DNA of 49,009 nucleotides from a bacterium (GTDB lineage Bacteria; Bacillota_I; Bacilli_A; RF39; UBA660). This document shows, one piece after another, positions 36,260-45,060 of this stretch. Position 1 is the first letter of the stretch, and each line of letters opens with the position of its first letter. The notes under the pieces are model-generated. The model was not told the origin of the DNA, ran no database searches, and saw only the letters and a program-made list of their open reading frames with translations. Location of the stretch: NCBI GenBank assembly GCA_963661295.1, contig CAVLBI010000081.1:1-49009 (forward strand), read 5' to 3'. The translations under genes and the position numbers were made by a program.

Positions 36260-37025
36260 TCACTTCCTTTGCTAGATTGATATATGCTTCTGATCCTCTA
36301 CTTTTTGGGTCATATGCCACAATTGGTTCTCCATGTGATGGAGCTTCTGTTAGCCTTACAAGTCTTGGTATTATTGTATTATATACTTTTTCTTTAAAGA
36401 ATCTTCTGATATCTTCTACTACTTCAAATCCTAAATTTGTTCTAGAATCAAGCATTGTTAATAGTACACCTTCTATATCCAAAGTTGGATTTAATCCTTT
36501 TTGTGCTAACATAATTGTTTTTAATAATTGTGTAATTCCCTCTAATGCAAAGAATTCACATTGAACAGGAATTATTACTGAATTTGATGCAGTCAATGCA
36601 TTTGTTGTTATTACGCCAAGTGATGGTGGACAATCAATAATTATATAATCAAAGCTATCTTTTATATCTGCTAGACTATTTTTTAATTGTTCTCCTTTTT
36701 TAAATCCATTTTGTGTTCTGCTTTTTTCTAATAATTCAGCATCTATTCCTGCTAAATTGATTGTGGCTGGTATTACATATAATCCTTTATATTTAGTTTT
36801 AATCATTGCTTCTGTGACATTACATTCACCGATTAAAACATCATATATACTTTTTTCAATTTCTCCTTTATTAATTCCTACACCAGTAGTTGTATTTCCT
36901 TGAGGATCTAAATCTATTAATAAAACTCTCTTTCCTAATACTGCTAATGATGCAGAAAGATTAATACTGGTAGTTGTTTTTCCTACGCCACCTTTTTGAT
37001 TAACTAATGATATAACCTTTCCCAT
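36228..37025 (-). CDS. parA: Chromosome partitioning ATPase ParA/Soj
   Basis: Deviant Walker A NQKGGVGKTTTSINL and DLDPQGN. Confidence 0.95.
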   Translation of the reverse strand: MGKVISLVNQKGGVGKTTTSINLSASLAVLGKRVLLIDLDPQGNTTTGVGINKGEIEKSIYDVLIGECNVTEAMIKTKYKGLYVIPATINLAGIDAELLEKSRTQNGFKKGEQLKNSLADIKDSFDYIIIDCPPSLGVITTNALTASNSVIIPVQCEFFALEGITQLLKTIMLAQKGLNPTLDIEGVLLTMLDSRTNLGFEVVEDIRRFFKEKVYNTIIPRLVRLTEAPSHGEPIVAYDPKSRGSEAYINLAKEVIERNEGNGNK

Positions 37026-37123
37026 CTAATCACCCATTTTCTAATTTACTAATATATTGTATCAGAGATTGAATGATTTTTAAATGCTTTTAATAAAAAA
37101 AGTAGACTTTTAAAAGTTCTACT

Positions 37124-38416
37124 TTATTTGTTTTCTTTATATAATTTAATGATAATTTGGAATGATTTTTCGAAGTTCATTTCATTTGTACTTATATTAA
37201 TTCCATGTACTTTTAAATCTTCTACTAGATTTCTGATTTTTTCAGTTGCTTCTTCAATAGTATAGTTTTCGTCACCAACATTTGATGTTGGAATCATACC
37301 GTTATTCATTGGTGATATATTTGATGTTTCTTGTGGTATATTGAAAGCTGAAAGGTCTGAATTATTAAAATAATCTTTTGATTTATTCTCTTTTTCTAGT
37401 GTTGTTTCGGTTTTTACTATTTGTTCAGCTGGAGTAACGAAACTTGATTGTCCACCAATATTTAGAAGATTATCTATTGATGATCCTCCAGATGGTGTTT
37501 GAATATCATTTGTATTACTCTTTAAATCATTAATATCAATTGAAGTTACTGCTGGAGGTTTTTCAGCAATTTGATTGTTGATTTCTTCTTCTCTTGCTTT
37601 GTCTATTTCTCCATAGTTTATAAATTTACCCGTAGGCATCGCCTCTCCTTCTGGTGGTGCGATTGTTACTTTTCCAAAATTAGACTCATCTGCTGGAAGT
37701 TCAGCAGTTGGCATTAATGGGCTACTGTTAACAAAAGCATTTGTTGTTGCAATCTGTTCACTATTTGATAACTCTGGTCTTGCTGGAGCAGAATCATTAT
37801 TCTTTGAATATAATCTTTTTATTTCTTCTTCAACTGAACGGACACTCATCTTATTATCAATTATTTTCTTTAACATTTCTTTTTGTTTTTTTGAATCTGG
37901 GATATTTATTAATGCACGTGCATGTCTTTCAGATATTTGTTCTTTTAATAAAGCATTTTGAACATCATCTGGTAATGATAACAATCTCAATTTATTTGCT
38001 ACAGCTGATTGACTCTTTCCCATAGTTTTAGCTAATTCTTCTTGAGTCATTTGATCTATTTCTAATATTTTTTGATATGTTCTGGCTTCTTCTATTGGAT
38101 TAAGGTTCTTTCTTTGTAAATTTTCAAGTAAAGCTACTTTTGAACTTTCTTTATCATCTAAATTTCTAATTATTGCAGGAATTTTAGTTAAACCAGCTAA
38201 TGCTGATGCTTTATATCTTCTTTCTCCGGCAATTATTTCATATTTTCCATTTTGTACGCTTCTAACTATAATTGGCTGAATAACACCATGTTCTCTAATT
38301 GATACAGCTAACTCTTTTAATGCACGCTCATCAAATATTTCACGTGGTTGAAATCTATTTGGAATAATGTCATCTAAATATAATTGTACTACTTCGTCTT
38401 TTTCATTATTAAACAT
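37124..38416 (-). CDS. noc: Nucleoid occlusion protein (ParB-family) with a ~180-aa low-complexity insert
   Basis: IPNRFQPREIFDE, IIAGERRYKAS, an HTH (MTQEELAKTMGKSQSAVANKLRLL), position between rsmG and parA, and a Noc-like C-terminal domain (EEATEKIRNLVEDLKVHGINIS..FQIIIKL). Residues ~204-384 are P/N/S/T-rich. Confidence 0.8.
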   Translation of the reverse strand: MFNNEKDEVVQLYLDDIIPNRFQPREIFDERALKELAVSIREHGVIQPIIVRSVQNGKYEIIAGERRYKASALAGLTKIPAIIRNLDDKESSKVALLENLQRKNLNPIEEARTYQKILEIDQMTQEELAKTMGKSQSAVANKLRLLSLPDDVQNALLKEQISERHARALINIPDSKKQKEMLKKIIDNKMSVRSVEEEIKRLYSKNNDSAPARPELSNSEQIATTNAFVNSSPLMPTAELPADESNFGKVTIAPPEGEAMPTGKFINYGEIDKAREEEINNQIAEKPPAVTSIDINDLKSNTNDIQTPSGGSSIDNLLNIGGQSSFVTPAEQIVKTETTLEKENKSKDYFNNSDLSAFNIPQETSNISPMNNGMIPTSNVGDENYTIEEATEKIRNLVEDLKVHGINISTNEMNFEKSFQIIIKLYKENK

Positions 38417-38461
38417 GAGTCATTCCCCTACTTTCATCCTTTTTATTTTCCCTATATTATC

Positions 38462-38490
38462 ATTATAAGTTATTTTTTGTTTTATTTCAA
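38462..38490 (-). promoter_or_regulatory. Candidate sigma-A promoter for noc (TTGAAA-17 nt-TATAAT)
   Basis: On the minus strand the -35 is at 38485..38490 and the -10 at 38462..38467, with exactly 17 nt between them. Confidence 0.45.
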
Positions 38491-38499
38491 TAAATTTTA

Positions 38500-38540
38500 A
38501 AAAAAGACTATGTCTTTTAAGCGTATTATTTGCACATTTG
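38500..38540 (-). terminator. Long-loop inverted repeat after rsmG (AGACTATGTC ... GACATAGTCT) followed by a U-run
   Basis: 10-bp arms at 38500..38509 and 38531..38540. The minus-strand RNA is followed by U7. Confidence 0.45.
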
Positions 38541-38547
38541 ACATAGT

Positions 38548-39183
38548 CTATTTATTTTTCATTACTACTAAACTTCTTTTACTTTCTTCAATTGGTAGTA
38601 TAAATTTTTCTATTTTAGTTATTATATATTTTTTGGATAATTTGTTTTTTATTTCTTCTGTTAATTCATTATCAATATCACCTTTCATAGCAACAAAAAT
38701 ACCAGTTGGTGAAACTAAATGCATTGTATATTTAACAAGTTTTTCTATATTGGCTACTGCTCGTGATGTCACTAAATCAAACTTTCCTTTATAGTCTTCT
38801 CCTCTTGCATGAATTGCTTCTATATCACTTAAATTTAAATCTTTTATTATTGTATTTAAGTAATTTACTCTTTTTTGGAGAGAATCTATTAATGTGACTT
38901 TTAAATTTGGAAATACTATTTTTAGTACAATACCTGGAAAGCCAGCGCCTGTTCCTACATCACATAATGTATTTATTTTGCTTAAATCGACTACTTTTAC
39001 TATTGTAAGACTATCATAGAAGTGTTTTAAATATACTTCTTCTTCATCTTCTATTCTTGTTAAATTAATTTTTTTATTCCATTCTATTAGAAGTTCATAA
39101 AATTTATTAAGTTTTTCTATTTGTTCTTCAGTTAAAATTATATTTAATTTTTCTAATTCTTCTATAAATTTTTCTTTAGTCAT
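38548..39183 (-). CDS. rsmG: 16S rRNA (guanine527-N7)-methyltransferase
   Basis: DVGTGAGFPGIVLKI SAM motif and the conserved position after mnmG. ATG 39183 has better spacing from AAAGGAG than 39192. Confidence 0.93.
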   Translation of the reverse strand: MTKEKFIEELEKLNIILTEEQIEKLNKFYELLIEWNKKINLTRIEDEEEVYLKHFYDSLTIVKVVDLSKINTLCDVGTGAGFPGIVLKIVFPNLKVTLIDSLQKRVNYLNTIIKDLNLSDIEAIHARGEDYKGKFDLVTSRAVANIEKLVKYTMHLVSPTGIFVAMKGDIDNELTEEIKNKLSKKYIITKIEKFILPIEESKRSLVVMKNK

Positions 39184-41044
39184 CTTTTCCATACTCCTTT
39201 TTCAAGTATACTGATAGGATTGAAATATCTGATGGGTTTACTCCACTTATTCTTATTGCTTGAGCTATTGTTTTAGGTTCTACTTCTTTTAATTTTTGTC
39301 TAGCTTCTGATGCAATGTTTTTTATTTTATCGTAATCTATATCTTCTGGAATTTGTTTTTTTTCTAATTTAAGCATTTTTTCTGCTTCTTTATATGCTTT
39401 ATTTATATATCCTTCATATTTTAGATTTATTTCTACCTGTTTTTTTATTTCTTTATCAAATGGAATTTCAATGAACTTTTCTAAAAATTGAATTGTTATT
39501 TCTGGTCTTCTTACTAGTTGCTCTAATGTCATTGTAAATGATGGTACTTGAAAGTTATTTAATTCAAATTCTTTTTTTACTTCATCATCTATTTTTAGTT
39601 TGTTTTCTTGAAGAAATTTTTTTAATGCTTGTATTTGTTCTTCTTTTTTATGTAATCTATTTATTTGTTCTTCGTCGATTAATCCTACTTTGTAGCCATA
39701 TTCTCTTAATCTTAAATCTGCATTATCACTTCTTAGTAGTAATCTATACTCTGCTCTACTTGTTAATAATCTATATGGGTCTCTTATTCCTTTTGTTATT
39801 AAATCATCTATTAGTACACCAATATATGCATCATTTCTTTTTAATATTAATGGTTCTTTGCATTCTATTTTTAGGCTGGCATTTATTCCTGCCATTAACC
39901 CTTGACATGCAGCTTCTTCATAACCACTTGTTCCATTTATTTGACCTGCTGTATATAAATTACTTAGAATTTTTGTTTCAAGGGATGCTTTTAATTGAGT
40001 TGGATATATAGCATCATACTCTATTGCATAGCCGTATTTTATAATTTTTGCGTTTTCAAGGCCTGGTAGACTGTGAACCATTTGTTCTTGAATTTCTTTT
40101 GGCATTGAAGTTGAGAATCCTTGTAAATAAATGTCATCATAATATTTACTCTCTGGCTCTAAGAATAGTTGATGGCGTTCTTTGTCTTTAAATCTTACAA
40201 CTTTGTCTTCTATTGATGGACAATATCTTGGACCGATTCCTTCTATATCATCAAGTGCTCCATACATACTTGATTTATTTAAATTTGTTCTTATTATTTC
40301 ATGTGTTCTTTCTGTTGTATATGTTAAGTAGCATGGAAGTTGATCTTCTATTTTGTAGCATGGTTCAAGGTCAAAACTGAATGTTAAATATTCATTATCT
40401 CCTGGTTCCATTTTTGTCTTTGTATAATCTATTGTATTTCCATCTAGTCTTTGAGGAGTACCTGTTTTTAATCTTTTTATTCTAAAACCATATTCTTTTA
40501 ATTTATCACTAAGATAATTTGAAGGTCTTTCTCCATGTGGTCCTTGTCTTGTTCTTGTATCACCTACTAAAATATCAGCTTTTAAATATGTTCCTGTTGT
40601 TAATATTACTGCTTTTGATTCTATTTTTTCTCCATTTTCTAAAATTACTCCATTTACTGAATCATTTTCTACTATTAGGTCTTCTACCATTGCTTCTTTT
40701 ATTTCTAGATTTTTTTCTGATTCTAGTACATTTAGCATTTCTCTTGGATATGCAATTTTATCACCTTGAGCACGTAATGATTGAACTGCTGGACCTTTAG
40801 CACTATTTAACATTTTTATTTGTAAATGTGTTTTATCGGCAACTTGACCCATTACTCCACCTAAAGCATCTATTTCTCTTACTACTATTCCTTTTGCACT
40901 TCCGCCGATGTGAGGATTACATGGCATATCAGCTATATTTTTTATATTACTTGTTATCAATAACGTTTTATGTCCTTTTTTGGCACATGCATGAGCTGCC
41001 TCACAACCAGCATGTCCTCCACCTACAACTATTATTTCGTACAT
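39176..41044 (-). CDS. mnmG: tRNA uridine 5-carboxymethylaminomethyl modification enzyme MnmG
   Basis: IIVVGGGHAGCEAA FAD motif, full-length GidA pattern. Confidence 0.97.
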   Translation of the reverse strand: MYEIIVVGGGHAGCEAAHACAKKGHKTLLITSNIKNIADMPCNPHIGGSAKGIVVREIDALGGVMGQVADKTHLQIKMLNSAKGPAVQSLRAQGDKIAYPREMLNVLESEKNLEIKEAMVEDLIVENDSVNGVILENGEKIESKAVILTTGTYLKADILVGDTRTRQGPHGERPSNYLSDKLKEYGFRIKRLKTGTPQRLDGNTIDYTKTKMEPGDNEYLTFSFDLEPCYKIEDQLPCYLTYTTERTHEIIRTNLNKSSMYGALDDIEGIGPRYCPSIEDKVVRFKDKERHQLFLEPESKYYDDIYLQGFSTSMPKEIQEQMVHSLPGLENAKIIKYGYAIEYDAIYPTQLKASLETKILSNLYTAGQINGTSGYEEAACQGLMAGINASLKIECKEPLILKRNDAYIGVLIDDLITKGIRDPYRLLTSRAEYRLLLRSDNADLRLREYGYKVGLIDEEQINRLHKKEEQIQALKKFLQENKLKIDDEVKKEFELNNFQVPSFTMTLEQLVRRPEITIQFLEKFIEIPFDKEIKKQVEINLKYEGYINKAYKEAEKMLKLEKKQIPEDIDYDKIKNIASEARQKLKEVEPKTIAQAIRISGVNPSDISILSVYLKKEYGKDD

Positions 41045-41057
41045 TTTATCACCATCC

Positions 41058-42419
41058 CTATTTTCCTAGACAAAATCTTGAGAACATTTCATCTAATAGT
41101 TCTTCTTCATATGAAGTTCCATTTATTTTTCCAAGCTCTTCCCATATATTTTTTATATCTAATTCTATCATATCTATTGGCATATTATTTTTTAGTCCTT
41201 CTTCTACATCATTAATTGCTGAAAGGCAATTTTTTAATATACTAATACTTCTTGAATTATTTAGATATGTTGGATCTTGAGTTTCAATTGCTTCTATATT
41301 AAATAGTTCTATTATTTTATTTTTTAATTCTTCAAGACCTTTATTTTCTGTAATGCTAAGTTCTATTATTTTATCCTTATCTATATCTAGACTATTTATA
41401 TCTAATTTTCTTTCTAAATCTGTTTTATTTATTATTACTATGTAGTTTTTATCTTTTATTTTTTCAACTATTTCTTTTATATCATCTGTTAGTTGTTCAT
41501 TATTATTAAGCATTAAAAGAATTAAATCAGATTCATCAATCATTTTTTTACTTTTTTCTACTCCGATTGATTCTACTAGGTCTTCTGTTTCTCTTATACC
41601 TGCTGTATCAATCATATTTAAAATGATACCATTAATCACTACTTGTCCTTCTACTATGTCTCTTGTTGTACCTGCTATATCTGTTACTATTGCTTTATCT
41701 TCTTCTAATAAGGCATTTAAAAGGGAACTTTTTCCTACATTTGGTCTTCCTATTATTGCTGTTTTTATTCCATCTTTTATTATTTTTCCGTTTGTTGATT
41801 CTTTTAGTATTTTTTCTATTCTTTGTTTTAAGTTAGTTATTTTTGGAATAAGTATATTGTCTGTTATTATATCTACATCATCATATTCTGGGTAATCTAT
41901 GTTTACATTTATATTGGAAATTATTTGAACCATGTCACTTCTTAATGAATTTATAAGGTCTGATACTTTTCCTCCTATTTGGTTTATTGCCATTTCTCTT
42001 TGCTTTTCTGTTTTAGAATTAATCATATCCATTACGGCTTCTGCTTCTAATAAGTCTATTCTTCCATTTAAAAATGCTCTTTTTGTGAACTCACCTGGTT
42101 CTGCTAATCTACAGCCATTTTCTAATAATAATTCTAAAGTTTTATTTGTAGGAGATATTCCACCATGTGTATTAATTTCTACTGTATCTTCTGCAGTAAA
42201 AGTTTTTGGTGCTTTCATTACTGATACTAAAACTTCATCTACTTCTTGGTCTTTATCCATTATGTGACCATAGTTTATTGTATGAGAATTTACTTTTGTT
42301 AGGTCTTTACCTTTAAATATTTTATTTACTATATTTATTGCATCTTCTCCACTTACTCTAATTATAGCGATTGCTCCAACGCCTTGACTTGTTGCAATGG
42401 CACATATTGTTTCATTCAT
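41058..42419 (-). CDS. mnmE: tRNA modification GTPase MnmE
   Basis: GRPNVGKSSLLNAL, DTAGIRET, C-terminal FCLGK. Confidence 0.97.
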   Translation of the reverse strand: MNETICAIATSQGVGAIAIIRVSGEDAINIVNKIFKGKDLTKVNSHTINYGHIMDKDQEVDEVLVSVMKAPKTFTAEDTVEINTHGGISPTNKTLELLLENGCRLAEPGEFTKRAFLNGRIDLLEAEAVMDMINSKTEKQREMAINQIGGKVSDLINSLRSDMVQIISNINVNIDYPEYDDVDIITDNILIPKITNLKQRIEKILKESTNGKIIKDGIKTAIIGRPNVGKSSLLNALLEEDKAIVTDIAGTTRDIVEGQVVINGIILNMIDTAGIRETEDLVESIGVEKSKKMIDESDLILLMLNNNEQLTDDIKEIVEKIKDKNYIVIINKTDLERKLDINSLDIDKDKIIELSITENKGLEELKNKIIELFNIEAIETQDPTYLNNSRSISILKNCLSAINDVEEGLKNNMPIDMIELDIKNIWEELGKINGTSYEEELLDEMFSRFCLGK

Positions 42420-42538
42420 AGTAGTCCTCCTTTTTTTCTAGGTTATTATATCATATATTTTTTTTAGTAAACAAAAAAAGAGTATTTTTAAACGAGATGT
42501 TTTATTTCAAGTTTAATTTGACTCTTATTTTTATAATA

Positions 42539-43162
42539 TTAATTATTTTTTTCTTCTTTTGGTTTGATTACAACATAACGATTTGGTTCTTCGCCTTCAC
42601 TTTCTGTGTAAACGTTCTTATTATTTGTTAATGCGTTATGGATAATTCTTCTTTCATATGAATTCATTGAATCTAACTTAGCTTCTATTTTTGTTTCTGT
42701 TACTTCTTTTGCAATTCTCTTAGCTAATTTTTCTAATGAGTGTTCTCTTTTTTCTTGATAATCATTAACATCTATTGTGAATTTAAATGGTTTTGATAAT
42801 TCTACATTTAAATGACCACTTACAATCATTGATAAGGCTTTTAGATTTTTACCATTTCTTCCTATTACTATTGCATCATTATCTGAGTAAATTATATATT
42901 TTGGAACAGTATCTTTATTTTTTATTTCTATATTTACTGTTAAACCCATTTCTTTTAATATTTTTACTAAATATTCTTTGATATGATTAATTACTTCTCT
43001 TTTTTCTATGACTTCAATTTCTACTTTTTTACTTTTGAATAGGCCGCTTTTTGTTTCACCTATTTCTTTTATTAATAAATTACTTTCTAATTCTTGTAAT
43101 TCTTCTTGTGCTTTTGTGATTGCTTCTTCTTTTGTCTTTCCTGTATATCTATGCTTTTCCAT
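42539..43162 (-). CDS. jag: Jag/KhpB RNA-binding protein (KH + R3H domains)
   Basis: VIGRNGKNLKALS (KH GxxG) and SYERRIIHNAL (R3H). Conserved position after yidC. Confidence 0.9.
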   Translation of the reverse strand: MEKHRYTGKTKEEAITKAQEELQELESNLLIKEIGETKSGLFKSKKVEIEVIEKREVINHIKEYLVKILKEMGLTVNIEIKNKDTVPKYIIYSDNDAIVIGRNGKNLKALSMIVSGHLNVELSKPFKFTIDVNDYQEKREHSLEKLAKRIAKEVTETKIEAKLDSMNSYERRIIHNALTNNKNVYTESEGEEPNRYVVIKPKEEKNN

Positions 43163-44084
43163 TTAATTCTTTACTCCTTTTTACCAAAATATTTTGAACT
43201 ATTGTGAATAAATTTGATGTTGCCCAATATATTCCTAAACCAGATGGCATGAATAAGGCTGTTACAATAATCATTACTGACATCATTGTAGGCATCATTT
43301 TCATTGCTGGGTCTTCCATATTTCCTGTTGAATTGAATTTAAATGATAGATATGTTGTTGCGGCTATTATTATCATTAATATAATGTATGAGAATAGTGT
43401 CGCAGTTCCTAAACCTACTATTGGAGTTGTTCCAAGTTGTAATCCTAAAAATTTATCTTCGAAAATTACTGGTGTTCTTTGGATTGCTTCAAAGAATGCG
43501 ATAAATATTGGTAATTGGATAAATGCGAATAAGCATCCTGATATTGGATTTATTTTATATTTTTGATAAACCATCATTATCTCTTGATTTTGTTTTATTA
43601 AAGATTCTTGGTCTTGTTTGTTTTCATATTTCTTTTGAATTCTTGTTAATTCTGGTTGAGCTTTTTTTATTAGTTCAGATTGCATAGCAGTCTTTTTAGT
43701 TAGTGGGAATGCAATTAATCTTATTGCTAAACTTACTATAATTATTGATAAAGCATTATTCTTAACTAAATTTCCTAACCAAATAAGAAGAAATGCTAAT
43801 GGTTTAATGAATAAGCCTGTCCACAAACCTTCATATTTTCCTGAGTTAACTTTAAAATCCTTACATTCTGGTATTTTGTTTAAGTCTACTCCATTTTTTT
43901 CATATAATTTGATTGTTTCTTTATTTGTAGGTTTACACAGTATATTTTCTGTTAATGTTTGACCTGTTGTTTCATTTTTTACTGCTTCTTTATTTTCATT
44001 TGTTAATGTTTTTGTACATCCTGTTGTTAGTAATAATAGCATTAATATTATAACTATCTTAATCTTTTTGGCATTTTTTTTCAT
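43149..44084 (-). CDS. yidC: Membrane protein insertase YidC/SpoIIIJ (lipoprotein type)
   Basis: Lipobox LLLTTGC and the 60-kDa insertase core (GCLFAFIQLPIFIAFF, GLGIYWATSNLFTIVQ). Confidence 0.93.
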   Translation of the reverse strand: MKKNAKKIKIVIILMLLLLTTGCTKTLTNENKEAVKNETTGQTLTENILCKPTNKETIKLYEKNGVDLNKIPECKDFKVNSGKYEGLWTGLFIKPLAFLLIWLGNLVKNNALSIIIVSLAIRLIAFPLTKKTAMQSELIKKAQPELTRIQKKYENKQDQESLIKQNQEIMMVYQKYKINPISGCLFAFIQLPIFIAFFEAIQRTPVIFEDKFLGLQLGTTPIVGLGTATLFSYIILMIIIAATTYLSFKFNSTGNMEDPAMKMMPTMMSVMIIVTALFMPSGLGIYWATSNLFTIVQNILVKRSKELNGKA

Positions 44085-44099
44085 CTTGATATTCCTTTC

Positions 44100-44423
44100 T
44101 TATTGTCGATTCATCAAATCAAAGAATTCTTTTTCTAAATCTTTAAATGACTTATCAACTCCGCCTCTTCTTAATATTATAATATAATCTTCATTATTTA
44201 TATAGCTTTTTTTATAATTATCAACTATATTTCTTATAATTCTTTTATATTTATTTCTAAAAACAGCGTTTCCTAATTTTTTACTTACAGATATGCCATA
44301 TTTATCGAATGGTAAATCATTTGGTTTGTGATGAATTATAAAACTTCTATTTTTTTTACATTTACCATTTTGTATAATATTTTCAAAATCTCTTGAATGT
44401 TTTACTACATATTTCTTCTTCAT
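44100..44423 (-). CDS. rnpA: Ribonuclease P protein component
   Basis: MKKKYVVKHSRDFENI.., GNAVFRNKYKRIIR (RNR motif). Confidence 0.9.
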   Translation of the reverse strand: MKKKYVVKHSRDFENIIQNGKCKKNRSFIIHHKPNDLPFDKYGISVSKKLGNAVFRNKYKRIIRNIVDNYKKSYINNEDYIIILRRGGVDKSFKDLEKEFFDLMNRQ

Positions 44424-44449
44424 AATAATATACCCTATTCCTTTATAGT

Positions 44450-44476
44450 AAAAAACCACTGTTTAAGACAGCGGTA
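44450..44476 (-). terminator. Hairpin plus U-run between rpmH and rnpA (attenuator-like)
   Basis: Minus-strand RNA CCGCUGU-cuuaa-ACAGUGG followed by U6. Confidence 0.5.
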
Positions 44477-44478
44477 TT

Positions 44479-44601
44479 TTATTTGCAAAGACTTTTGCGT
44501 CCTTTGCGACGACGACGATTTAAAATATTTGTTTTTTTACGAGCAAAAAATCCTAATTTCTTTGATTTTTTACGGTTGTTTGGTTGATATGTTCTTTTCA
44601 C
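44479..44601 (-). CDS. rpmH: 50S ribosomal protein L34 (GTG start, 40 aa)
   Basis: GTG at 44601 lies 5 nt after GGAGGTGG. Translation is (M)KRTYQPNNRKKSKKLGFFARKKTNILNRRRRKGRKSLCK. The ORF-track N-terminal extension is spurious. Confidence 0.9.
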   Translation of the reverse strand: MKRTYQPNNRKKSKKLGFFARKKTNILNRRRRKGRKSLCK

Positions 44602-44686
44602 TTGTTCCACCTCCAGACATAAATCTACATTATTATAATAATATATTTCGTGATTTGTCAAATAAAACTTATCTTTTTATAATATT

Positions 44687-44862
44687 TTATCCACTTTTAT
44701 TGTTTATTTTTTTCTAATTAACAATTTCCACATATCTGTTGATAACAAAAATTAACTCTGTTTATAAAAAATTGTGGAAAATGTGGAAAACTTAATTATT
44801 CATTTATATATATAGGTTTTATTTGTTGAAAAAATTGTGGATTTATGGTGGATTTTGTCGAA
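44687..44862. promoter_or_regulatory. oriC upstream half: DnaA-box cluster plus a Spo0A-type 0A box
   Basis: TTATCCACt 44687..44695 (+); aTtTCCACA 44724..44732 (+); two abutting TGTGGAAAA boxes at 44773..44781 and 44782..44790 (rc TTTTCCACA); TGTGGATTT 44836..44844; a weak GGTGGATTT at 44847..44855; TGTCGAA at 44856..44862. Confidence 0.7.
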
Positions 44863-45060
44863 TTGTATTTTTTGTGTTTTTTTATGTGTTTATAAATTTG
44901 TTAATAATTAATATTTTTGTTTTGACTATTATAAAATTTGTGATATTGTATTTAGTAATGTTTTTTATTTCACATTATTTTACCTTATTTTTTACTTTCT
45001 TTTTTTTGGGTTTTAATGTAGAATAAGTTTGAATATTGATTCTTGTGGGGAGATGGTAAT

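Noticed and set aside
38330-38360. TATTTCACGTGGTTGAAA inside the noc 5' region resembles a parS half-site (TGTTTCACGTGAAACA). I also looked for parS in parB and elsewhere.
   Set aside because: Only the left half matches and the right half is disrupted. The sequence encodes the conserved FQPREIF peptide of ParB-family proteins. I found no full parS palindrome anywhere in the window by eye, so none is claimed.
44823-45026. A 67-aa hydrophobic ORF in the rpmH-dnaA intergenic region.
   Set aside because: It lies inside the oriC/dnaA promoter region. Its phenylalanine/leucine-rich translation comes from T-runs, it has no SD, and it overlaps DnaA boxes.
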